This document shows positions 21,566-30,361 of a stretch of 64,000 nucleotides of DNA, piece by piece; the first letter of the stretch is position 1, and the number at the start of each line of letters is the position of its first letter. The stretch lies in assembly GCA_963677435.1 (NCBI GenBank), contig OY781945.1, forward strand, positions 480,001-544,000, written 5' to 3'. The stretch is from an uncultured Aliarcobacter sp. (lineage in GTDB: Bacteria > Campylobacterota > Campylobacteria > Campylobacterales > Arcobacteraceae). The notes under the pieces are model-generated. The model ran no database searches, was not told the DNA's origin, and was given only the letters and a program-made list of their open reading frames with translations. The translations under genes were made by a program, and so were the position numbers.

Positions 21566-22708
21566 TTATATATCTATTGGAAGAATGGGATTACCATAAG
21601 GTTTTATATTATTAATAATTTCTGGTAAATGTATGATCGGTGAAACAATAATTGTTATGTTTTTATATAGAGATAAATCATCAATTTTTATAATTTTTAT
21701 GTTGTTTATTTCTAAAATGTCTAAATTTTTGTCTATTATTGCAAGTAAATTATTTTTTAAAAAAGGAAATATCAATTTCCCAAGCGAGCCATAACCATAT
21801 AAGATATATTTTTTGGATAAATCTATAGAATCAATAAAGTCATAAAAATTAATTAATGTTGAATATTTATATTCAATTGCATTATTATTTATATAATAAG
21901 TTAACAGTTCTTGAGCATTATAGTTATTTGTTAGAGTTAGAAGAGTCTTTTTTGAAAGTTTTTTCTTTCTCAAACCATAAAATCTAAAAAGCCAATCTTT
22001 TTTTTGTGTCAAATTCATTAAATATTTATATTTTTTGTAAAATTTTAAATATCCAGAGAATTTAATTTTTGATAGAGTTGATATTCTAGTTATATTATCA
22101 TCTTCATGTATGAGTTGTAAATACTCTTGAACAACCTTTACTTTTCCATATTTTAAAATAAGCCTTAACCACATATCATAATCTTGACAAGAAACTAATT
22201 TTTCATCGTACATATTGGCATTAATTATTCTTTGTTTTTCAATCAATCCTTGATTCATTAAAAGATTATCGACTAAAACATCATTTAATTCTATCTCTTC
22301 TTTTGGTTGTCTAAAAGATTTAATCCCACCTTTTTTTATCACAATATTCCATGAAGTAACAAAAGCATATTTCTCATCATAGTTTTTTAATAATACTTCA
22401 ATTCTATTTGGCATAAATTCATCATCATCATCAAGTCCGGCAATAAACTTACCTTTTGCAATATCAATAGCAATATTTCTTGATGGATTTGAACCAAGGG
22501 TCTTTTTATTGTGAATAACTTTAATTCTAGAATCTAATTTTTCAAACTCTTCTAGAATTTCTTTTGTATTATCTTCAGATGCATCATTTATTATTATTAT
22601 CTCTAAATTAGAGTATGTTTGATTTATTACTGAGCTGATAGCTCTTTTTAGGAGATCTTCTCTATTTTTTGTAGTTATAATAATTGATATTAATGGATTA
22701 TTTTTCAT
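21566..22708 (-). CDS. GT2 glycosyltransferase with C-terminal Rossmann-like domain
   Basis: ISIIITTKNR, INDASED, GLDDDD, QDYDMW; C-terminal ILYGYGSLG. Confidence 0.88.
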   Translation of the reverse strand: MKNNPLISIIITTKNREDLLKRAISSVINQTYSNLEIIIINDASEDNTKEILEEFEKLDSRIKVIHNKKTLGSNPSRNIAIDIAKGKFIAGLDDDDEFMPNRIEVLLKNYDEKYAFVTSWNIVIKKGGIKSFRQPKEEIELNDVLVDNLLMNQGLIEKQRIINANMYDEKLVSCQDYDMWLRLILKYGKVKVVQEYLQLIHEDDNITRISTLSKIKFSGYLKFYKKYKYLMNLTQKKDWLFRFYGLRKKKLSKKTLLTLTNNYNAQELLTYYINNNAIEYKYSTLINFYDFIDSIDLSKKYILYGYGSLGKLIFPFLKNNLLAIIDKNLDILEINNIKIIKIDDLSLYKNITIIVSPIIHLPEIINNIKPYGNPILPIDI

Positions 22709-22713
22709 TCTAA

Positions 22714-23514
22714 TTAACTTTTTTTAAGATATGTACCAAAACCAATGAGTTTATTGATTTTATCTGATAAAGGAGACATAAATGCAACTTGTAATGTATC
22801 TCTTTGTCCTGAAATAACTTTATTTGCTTTATGCCATCCACCTGTAACATCTGCTATAATTACATCGCCTTTTTTCCCAGATATCTTTATAATCTTATCT
22901 CTATTATTTTCTATATATTTTGAAATATCTTTAATCTCTTTTTTATGGCTTCCTTTTATATATTCAAAAGGTCCTTGTTCTTCACCTACATCATTTAAAT
23001 ATACAATAAATCTAATCATACTTAAGCCACCACTGTCTTGATGCCAACTTTCATTCATCATAATTTTATGATTTTGAAGCTCGTTTCTTGGGTAAACCCT
23101 TTTTGTCCAATGTTGAATAGGCTTAAGCTTAGAGTGATTTAAATATTCACATATCTCTTTTATTTTAGTATTATTTACAATTTCATTTACATAACTATCC
23201 GTATCTTTGAAATCAAAAGAATAAATTAATCTTTTTGAATTATAATAAATTTGATCACTATCAATAGTCTTTATTTTAGTACTATATAATGATCCATTTT
23301 TGCAGATTTCTATAGTATCATCCACAACAGTAAGTATTTTGTCACACTCTTCTATAGAAAAAAAATTTGATAAAACAACTAGTCCATTTTTCTTATATTC
23401 ATTTAATAAAGGTTCATTCTTATAAGTGACTTTGAAAAATAGACTTTGAAATGATTGAAATATTTTTCTTGAAAGAACAGATTGTAATAGTTTTCGTTTA
23501 GTTGAATCTTTCAT
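22714..23514 (-). CDS. PhyH-family Fe(II)/2-oxoglutarate dioxygenase
   Basis: YKKNGLVVLSNFFS, WHQD (HxD), VYLNDV..QGP..YIKGSH, distal WH, and R of RDTL. Confidence 0.85.
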   Translation of the reverse strand: MKDSTKRKLLQSVLSRKIFQSFQSLFFKVTYKNEPLLNEYKKNGLVVLSNFFSIEECDKILTVVDDTIEICKNGSLYSTKIKTIDSDQIYYNSKRLIYSFDFKDTDSYVNEIVNNTKIKEICEYLNHSKLKPIQHWTKRVYPRNELQNHKIMMNESWHQDSGGLSMIRFIVYLNDVGEEQGPFEYIKGSHKKEIKDISKYIENNRDKIIKISGKKGDVIIADVTGGWHKANKVISGQRDTLQVAFMSPLSDKINKLIGFGTYLKKS

Positions 23515-23515
23515 A

Positions 23516-24463
23516 TTATTTATTCACAATATTAAAAGGTTCTAAGCCTTCTAAAATTCTTTTTGCATTTAGAGCAGCTTTTTCTCTCATTTCAAAATAT
23601 GCTTTATCACTATAATATGCTGTATGTGGATTTAATATGAATCGACCATCCAGCCACTCTTCCTTTTCTCTCCAAGCATTTATTAAAAGAGAATCTTTAG
23701 GAGGTTCATTTGGAATTACATCTAATGCTACATTTGATAATTTACCACTTCTTAATGCCTCATAAAAAACATCAATATCCTTTATTATTCCACCCCGTGC
23801 AGTATTAACTAAAGAACTCCCATCTTTCATATTATTTATAAACTTTTGATTAATCATTCCTTTTGTTTCATCTGATAAAGGGCAATTAATAGAGATGATA
23901 TCGCAAGTTTCAAGTAATTCTTCTAATGTATCTGTTCTTTTAGTGTTTAACATTTTTTCATGTCCTCTTGGTACATAAGGATCATAAAAATAGGTATTAA
24001 ATCTAAGAGCATTTGCTTTTAAAAGTACACTAGCTCCAATTCTTCCAGCACCAATCACTCCAAGTTTATAATCAGAAGTTCTTTTTATTGATGTAATCGT
24101 ATTTTCTTGCCAAGTATTAGTATAACTTCTACATTGATAATCATATCGTGTAATACCTCTTGCTATATTAATAATCATAGCAATTGCTGTATCACTAACC
24201 TCTTCTGTTCCATAATCAGGAGTATTACAAACATAAATATTTTTACTTTTTGCATATTCTAAATCTATCGCATCATAACCAACACCATATCTTACTATTC
24301 CTTTAAGATTTGGAAGATGTTCAATATACTCTTTTGTAATATGTTCATGCCAGACTAAAAGAACTTCTATATTTTTATTTAATTGATAAGATAACTCTGA
24401 TTTTAAAACTTCTTTTTCAATATATGGATTATCAATATAATCAGTAATATAAACTCTATTCAT
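23516..24463 (-). CDS. D-isomer-specific 2-hydroxyacid dehydrogenase (CtBP-like)
   Basis: RYGVGYD, GAGRIG, NTARG, DV..NEP, PHTAYYS (Arg/Glu/His triad). Start set at MNRVY, which overlaps the aldolase stop. Confidence 0.9.
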   Translation of the reverse strand: MNRVYITDYIDNPYIEKEVLKSELSYQLNKNIEVLLVWHEHITKEYIEHLPNLKGIVRYGVGYDAIDLEYAKSKNIYVCNTPDYGTEEVSDTAIAMIINIARGITRYDYQCRSYTNTWQENTITSIKRTSDYKLGVIGAGRIGASVLLKANALRFNTYFYDPYVPRGHEKMLNTKRTDTLEELLETCDIISINCPLSDETKGMINQKFINNMKDGSSLVNTARGGIIKDIDVFYEALRSGKLSNVALDVIPNEPPKDSLLINAWREKEEWLDGRFILNPHTAYYSDKAYFEMREKAALNAKRILEGLEPFNIVNK

Positions 24464-25238
24464 TTTTTGTAACCTTATCAAAATGTGTTTTTATTTCAAG
24501 ATATGAATTTCTTAACATTTCACAATCTACCAAATGTACAATATATTTTATTCCAATATTGATGAATGAAGTAATTTTATCTTTTGAAGTTGTTATTGTA
24601 CCTGCATATTTACCTGCATTATTAATTTTTGATGTTAATTCTTCTAAATAATCAAGTACTCTTTGATTATTTACATCACCAGGAATACCTAATGCTTTTG
24701 ATAAATCAAATAAGCCAATAAATATAATATCAAGCTCTTTGATTTGAAGAATAGAATCAATTTCATCGATTGCTTCTTTCCCTTCTATATTTATGGCAAT
24801 TAATATATTTTCATTAGCTTTTTGTGTAAGTGAAGTACTATTTTGTATAGAGTAATTTCCTGCTCTTGTAAAAGGAGAAAAACCTCTTTTCCCAATTGGT
24901 GGATATTTAGCAAAACTTATTAATTGTTCCACATCTTTTTTTGTATTAATATTTGGTATTTGGATACAATGAACTCCTATATCAAGAGCTTTTAGGATAT
25001 CTACTTCATTTATATTTCCCACTCTCATGACAGGAGAAACTTTTCTTGATTCACATACAATTGCCATGTTTTGTGCTGTTTCAAAAGATATGGGACCATG
25101 TTCCGCATCAATAATTATAAAATCAACTCCACTACTGGCAATTATATCTGTTGTTATTGTAGATGGAATTATAGACCAAGTTCCAAGTACTGATTTACCA
25201 TTTTCTAATTTTTGTTTTAAAAAATTTGTTTTTAACAT
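24456..25238 (-). CDS. HpcH/HpaI-family class II pyruvate aldolase
   Basis: DAEHG, MRV, ALDIG..IQIP, KYPPIGKRG, NIEG, FIGLFDLS. Start set at MLKTNF (TAATG overlap with the upstream stop). Confidence 0.9.
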   Translation of the reverse strand: MLKTNFLKQKLENGKSVLGTWSIIPSTITTDIIASSGVDFIIIDAEHGPISFETAQNMAIVCESRKVSPVMRVGNINEVDILKALDIGVHCIQIPNINTKKDVEQLISFAKYPPIGKRGFSPFTRAGNYSIQNSTSLTQKANENILIAINIEGKEAIDEIDSILQIKELDIIFIGLFDLSKALGIPGDVNNQRVLDYLEELTSKINNAGKYAGTITTSKDKITSFINIGIKYIVHLVDCEMLRNSYLEIKTHFDKVTKNE

Positions 25239-25984
25239 TATAATTCCCACGGAATATTATTTTCAGTAAAACCATGCTTTTTAAGCCAATATTCTAAAAC
25301 AACAGCTTGCCATTCTGAATCTATATCAAAACCAAAATCAGTTTCAATAGCTTTTGATTTTTTACCTTGCCATTTAAAAGGTAATTGTCCTTGATCCATC
25401 TCTTCAAAACATATAGGTTTCATTACTTGTATTGATAAATCACAAAAATAAGTTGAACCTTGAGAATCTCTAATTGAAGAAACATTATCAATGTATTTTA
25501 AATCAACAAATGGATGCATCTCTCCATTTGAATCAATTTTTCTAGCTCTTGCAGGAGAGAACATATCATATTTTGCTACTGAAAAACAAGAGTCAAATTC
25601 TTGTGTTTTTGAAGTAAAACTTATAGCTTCTTTTAATAAATTCACATTAATTGCAGGGTTATTACAAAATAATAGAGATATGGTTTCAATTTTATTATTT
25701 GGACCTATATCTCTTTTTATATATTCATAAGCATGTAATAATGCATCTTCAGTTAAAGAATCAGGTAAAGCCATATGCTTAGGTCTTAAAATATGAATTG
25801 CATTGTAGGGTTTACCAATTTCTGCAATTTCTAAAGAATCCGTTGAAACATAAATCTTGTCACATTTTGCATATTTTGCTGCAATATATGCATACTCTGC
25901 TGCTGGTCTACCTAATATTTGTCTAATGTTTTTACCAGGAACCCCTGTACTTTTATCTTTTCCTATAATTAATGCTATATTCAT
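25238..25984 (-). CDS. Cytidylyltransferase (NeuA/KdsB superfamily, divergent)
   Basis: IGKDKSTGVPGKN in place of PARGGSKRxxxKN; YVSTDS, ILRP, FDIDSEWQ. Confidence 0.8.
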   Translation of the reverse strand: MNIALIIGKDKSTGVPGKNIRQILGRPAAEYAYIAAKYAKCDKIYVSTDSLEIAEIGKPYNAIHILRPKHMALPDSLTEDALLHAYEYIKRDIGPNNKIETISLLFCNNPAINVNLLKEAISFTSKTQEFDSCFSVAKYDMFSPARARKIDSNGEMHPFVDLKYIDNVSSIRDSQGSTYFCDLSIQVMKPICFEEMDQGQLPFKWQGKKSKAIETDFGFDIDSEWQAVVLEYWLKKHGFTENNIPWEL

Positions 25985-25985
25985 T

Positions 25986-27032
25986 TTAGCCTTTCATTTT
26001 ATCTGATATAAATTTAACTTGATCACATACTCTACTTGCGTATCCCCATTCATTGTCATACCATAAAACGAGTTTTAACATATTCCCTTGTATTAAGTTT
26101 GTAAATCGGTGATCAACATTGGCAGAAAATTCTGAAGCTTTGAAATCTAGAGAAACTAAAGGTTCAAAATTATTATTAATAATATCCCATTTCTGAGAAT
26201 TAGAATATTGTTCAAAAACATCTACAATTTCTTTTTTAGAGGTATTTCTTTTTAACAGAAGTGTTAAATCTGCACTACCAACAATATGAGTTGGTGTTCT
26301 CATTGAATAAGAACCAATATTATCAGCTGAAATATCTTCAACAACTTTAGCACAAGCATCTAATGCAGAAGTAGGTTTTGGTATCATATTTCCAACCGCT
26401 GATCTTCCTAACGCAAAATGATGATAAATTTCACCAGGAACGGACCAAGAGCTAGCAGGTCCATCCATTAAATTTTGATATCCAAGCCAAGGATGCAATG
26501 TTGTTAAATGCCCAGAGGTTATTCCAAAATTTTCTTTTATAATTTTTATCACAGGACCAATTGCTGTTGCATCACAAATACTTGATGATATGACATGATG
26601 TTTTGAAAGATCAAGTTTATCTTCATTTGCACCTAATACTAATGTAAAGTCTACATTATTTGGAGAGTGAGTTATAATCACTTTTTTTACAGATTGTTTT
26701 TCAATGCTATCCTTAGCTCTAATTACATTATCTAAAATACCTGAAGCATCTATAATAATATCAATATCTTTTGATTTCCAATTTACTTCATCAATATGCT
26801 TCTGATGAAAAATTTCTATATCATAATCGTTATTATACATGTGATTTTTATCAATTTTAAATTTATCTTTTAATTGATCATATAAAGTATCATAATTTAG
26901 TTGATAAGCAATATTCTCATTATCGGGATTTATATCATTTATTGCAACAATTTCAAATAATTTTTTGTTCATATTTGTTCTAAATATTGCTCTTCCTATT
27001 CTTCCAAAACCATTAATTCCAATTCTTAACAT
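25986..27032 (-). CDS. GAPDH/Epd-family dehydrogenase, strongly divergent
   Basis: GINGFGRIGR, AINDI, DASG, catalytic Cys in SSICDATAI, TTLH, RTPT, WYDNEWGY. Confidence 0.85.
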   Translation of the reverse strand: MLRIGINGFGRIGRAIFRTNMNKKLFEIVAINDINPDNENIAYQLNYDTLYDQLKDKFKIDKNHMYNNDYDIEIFHQKHIDEVNWKSKDIDIIIDASGILDNVIRAKDSIEKQSVKKVIITHSPNNVDFTLVLGANEDKLDLSKHHVISSSICDATAIGPVIKIIKENFGITSGHLTTLHPWLGYQNLMDGPASSWSVPGEIYHHFALGRSAVGNMIPKPTSALDACAKVVEDISADNIGSYSMRTPTHIVGSADLTLLLKRNTSKKEIVDVFEQYSNSQKWDIINNNFEPLVSLDFKASEFSANVDHRFTNLIQGNMLKLVLWYDNEWGYASRVCDQVKFISDKMKG

Positions 27033-27655
27033 TTTATTTCCATATTTAACTCTTCAAAATCTTTTATTAATTTTATATTTGATTTTTCTTTAAAAAAATC
27101 TGACCAATTTGAAAATTGAGTATATCCAAACATAAATATAAAGTCATAATTATAGTGTATTGCAATTTCATAATCAATTTTGCTATCTCCAATATAAAGA
27201 GTTTTTCCTTTTATATTAGAATTATTTATATTTTCATATTTTGTTAGAGGTGCACCCATAATATTTTTAAATCTTTGAAAAAGATGTTTTTCTTTTAAAA
27301 AAGTTATTATTTCTTTTTTATCTCCACCTGATAAAATATAAGGTTTAATATTTAGTAAATTTAAAAAACATTCAAATCCGTTTGTAAATACGCAATTCTT
27401 TAAATCAATTTCTAATTTTTCATTATATTTAAGTAATATTTTTTTAGCAATTTTATCCTCAAAATAAGTAGAAATTTTTATCTCTCGAGGAAGACCATTA
27501 TTTTGTGTAAAGTAATTAACAAATTCTATTGATTTATTTTTATTTGCATATTCTTGAACACAATTATATATAGCATCTTTTTTTATATTATTACTATCTA
27601 AAATAACCCCATCAAAATCTAGGATTATATTTTTATAGGATTTAAAATTAAACAT
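27026..27655 (-). CDS. HAD-family phosphatase
   Basis: LDFDGVILDS, LSGG, TK, YIGDSKID. Start set at MFNFK (8-bp overlap with the upstream stop). Confidence 0.85.
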   Translation of the reverse strand: MFNFKSYKNIILDFDGVILDSNNIKKDAIYNCVQEYANKNKSIEFVNYFTQNNGLPREIKISTYFEDKIAKKILLKYNEKLEIDLKNCVFTNGFECFLNLLNIKPYILSGGDKKEIITFLKEKHLFQRFKNIMGAPLTKYENINNSNIKGKTLYIGDSKIDYEIAIHYNYDFIFMFGYTQFSNWSDFFKEKSNIKLIKDFEELNMEIKC

Positions 27656-28595
27656 TAAATATCCTAGAAAATAAGGAAGCATCAACTCTTTTTATCTCAT
27701 ATTTCTTGATAGAATCAGAATTGATTTTATCTTTTGTTGTAAATGCATAATCTAAATTAATAGATTTTACATAATCTAAAACATTTTGATTATATGTACC
27801 AAAAGGGTAAGAAAAAGAGTTTATTGTTTGATTAATATTATTTCTTAGAAAATTAAAGCTAGTGGTAATTTCATCTTCTAATTCTATTTTATTTAAATAT
27901 TCTAAATATGGATGAGTATGAGAATGCCCACCAATAATCATATCCTTTGAATGCATCTCTTTTAAATTGTTGATATTCATATAATATCGATTTATAAAAG
28001 TGTTATCAAAATTACTTTCAAATATTTTGTTTATAATATTTTCTATTTCACTTTTTGTTAGAATAGAATTTCTTATTTTCCTAAAAAATCTCTCTTCATT
28101 TGTATAATAACTACATTCTTTTAGAAAATCTTTACTATTCTTTATATTTGTTTGATTTGGTTCAATTAATGATAACTTCTTTTTATCTAGTAGATTTTTT
28201 GAGTTTTCATAAAAAAGTTCTAAAAACTCTTCATATGTATCAACAATACAATATTGTGAAACTCTTTGTTTTTCTAGGAAATGAATTTTATTATCACTTA
28301 ATGGAATAGTTGGAACAAAAAAACTTCCAGTCAATCCATATTCTTTTAAAATAGGTAAAACATTTGTATAATGCTGTTTAAAACCATCATCAAAAGTTAA
28401 ATAAAATGATTTCTTTGGTAGAGGTTTTTTGTTATTGAAAAAATTTAGTAAATCTTGATGGGTAATAGGTTTAAAGTGTTTCAACATATATTCTATTTGA
28501 TATTTAAATTCGTTGGTTGTTAATCCTTTTAGATTTTTAAATATTCTATCATCATTTTCCGAGTGAACATAATGATACATTAAACAAATGAACAT
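27648..28595 (-). CDS. Polysaccharide deacetylase (CE4/NodB family)
   Basis: LMYHYV, LTFDDG, GGHSHTHP, FSYPFG, IKRVD; no signal peptide. Confidence 0.9.
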   Translation of the reverse strand: MFICLMYHYVHSENDDRIFKNLKGLTTNEFKYQIEYMLKHFKPITHQDLLNFFNNKKPLPKKSFYLTFDDGFKQHYTNVLPILKEYGLTGSFFVPTIPLSDNKIHFLEKQRVSQYCIVDTYEEFLELFYENSKNLLDKKKLSLIEPNQTNIKNSKDFLKECSYYTNEERFFRKIRNSILTKSEIENIINKIFESNFDNTFINRYYMNINNLKEMHSKDMIIGGHSHTHPYLEYLNKIELEDEITTSFNFLRNNINQTINSFSYPFGTYNQNVLDYVKSINLDYAFTTKDKINSDSIKKYEIKRVDASLFSRIFNV

Positions 28596-28598
28596 TTA

Positions 28599-29567
28599 TT
28601 AAGCCTTTTTTCTTAATATATATAGAAATGAAGAAGCATTATTTGGATTTATATCTTCTTGATAAAAATCAACTAAAACCTTATAAAAAGTATCTACGAA
28701 TTCATTCTTTATTTCAAACCAAGCATCTTTATCTGTAACATTATTTGACATTTTTACTAATAATGGAGTTAAAAATCTAAGTCCTATAGACCAAATAGCA
28801 ACTAAATTATTATTAAGAGTAGGTATCTTTTCTTCAATAATAAAATCATTCTTTTTTATTATTGCTTCCCAAGAATTTTCTTCTAATAAATTTGGAAAAA
28901 TATTTCTCATATTTCTTTCTATATATGATGAAAAGTTAATAGGATAAGTTTGCTCTACTGATTCATAAAATCTTTTAAAATAATCAGTTTTAATGTTGAG
29001 TATCACTTTTCCTGAATCTTTTAATATAAAATTTAAAGTATTGAAAAAAGAATCTAAATTTTGATACATATACGCAGAAGAAAATATTGAAATGGTATCA
29101 AACATTTGTTCTTTAAATAATAGTTGATTATCAGTTTTGTAATGTTTTAAAGAATCATCTCTATTTAAAGAGAAAGAATCTTTTGAAATATACTTATATA
29201 AATTAGAGTAAATATTTAATTTATTTGCTTTATATAACATTGTAGGATTAATATCTATGCCGTAATCATATTTTTTATTTGTATGTTTAGTAATTAAAGG
29301 GTTATATCTTTTATCTTCTATATTATATATATCTTCAGACTTAATAATAGATGATTTTATTGAAGTTGTTTCAAATATATTGAACTTATTATCAATTTCA
29401 CCATTATTTGCAATAAAAGAGAACAAACCATCTCCACAGCTTATATCAACACTTATTCCTTTTAAATAATCTAAAGGAAGATTTTTAGCTAATAAAGAAT
29501 TTAGTATGGCTGTTTCTGGTCTTAGCCAATAAATATGAAGAAATTTTTTTAAAAAGTCTTCATGCAT
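28599..29567 (-). CDS. Putative SAM-dependent methyltransferase
   Basis: WLRPETA, VDISCGDG motif I, GIDIN, FDTI, LKDSG. Start set at MHEDF. Confidence 0.7.
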   Translation of the reverse strand: MHEDFLKKFLHIYWLRPETAILNSLLAKNLPLDYLKGISVDISCGDGLFSFIANNGEIDNKFNIFETTSIKSSIIKSEDIYNIEDKRYNPLITKHTNKKYDYGIDINPTMLYKANKLNIYSNLYKYISKDSFSLNRDDSLKHYKTDNQLLFKEQMFDTISIFSSAYMYQNLDSFFNTLNFILKDSGKVILNIKTDYFKRFYESVEQTYPINFSSYIERNMRNIFPNLLEENSWEAIIKKNDFIIEEKIPTLNNNLVAIWSIGLRFLTPLLVKMSNNVTDKDAWFEIKNEFVDTFYKVLVDFYQEDINPNNASSFLYILRKKA

Positions 29568-30360
29568 TGTAAATCCCATCTTTTATTAAAAGTATATTTT
29601 CTTTATTATTTTGGAAATGAGTGTTTATTCTTTCTAAAATATTTTTGTCTAAAGATTTTTGCTCAATGTGTGAGTTTATTCGTGCAACTTCTATATTTTT
29701 GCTTAAATAATCATACACATCAAGAATATCTGGAATATTTCCTTTAACATTATTATAAATATTTCTAATTAAATTATAATCATCACTTTCATCTAATGTT
29801 AATCTATTAAGCAAATTAAATTTATATAGATCTTCAACCTCAAGCTCTTTTACATTAAAAAAATCTTTATGTATTAACGGTCCCCAAATTTCTGTATCAA
29901 TCTCTTGCTTAATTGCACAAACAGTTTCTAATGCTTTTGCTTTTATTGCATAAATATTTACACCTATTGGCATCCCAACTGTAGTAATAAAATCTACATC
30001 AGAATTTTTTCTCAGATAATCTGATAATATATTTGCATGGTAAATAGAAAATAAAGGGTTATCTGCTGTAATACATATGACAAAATCAAAACCAAATAAT
30101 TTTGTAGCTGATTTTAATCGCTCAAGCACATCTTCATCACTCCCATTATAGTAATAAATATTTTCTTCTTGGGCAATTCTTACTAATGGTAAATCTTGAT
30201 TGTGTTCAGATGTACATAATACAATATCATCGCATTCAACTACTTCTTTTGCCCTATCAATTACTCTTTTTATTACGGTTTTACCATTTAAAGGCTTTAG
30301 TAATTTTAATTTTAATCTACTTGATTTTAATCTTGCTGTTATTAAAAAACCTATTTTCAT
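29560..30360 (-). CDS. SpsF-like cytidylyltransferase
   Basis: ARLKSSRLKLK, CTS, GSDEDVLER, ITADNP, RLTLDESDD. Confidence 0.85.
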   Translation of the reverse strand: MKIGFLITARLKSSRLKLKLLKPLNGKTVIKRVIDRAKEVVECDDIVLCTSEHNQDLPLVRIAQEENIYYYNGSDEDVLERLKSATKLFGFDFVICITADNPLFSIYHANILSDYLRKNSDVDFITTVGMPIGVNIYAIKAKALETVCAIKQEIDTEIWGPLIHKDFFNVKELEVEDLYKFNLLNRLTLDESDDYNLIRNIYNNVKGNIPDILDVYDYLSKNIEVARINSHIEQKSLDKNILERINTHFQNNKENILLIKDGIYNA

Positions 30361-30361
30361 T

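Noticed and set aside
25986..27032. Housekeeping gapA or epd
   Set aside because: The ASCTTNC motif is lost and the gene sits in a glycan cassette without pgk/tpi.
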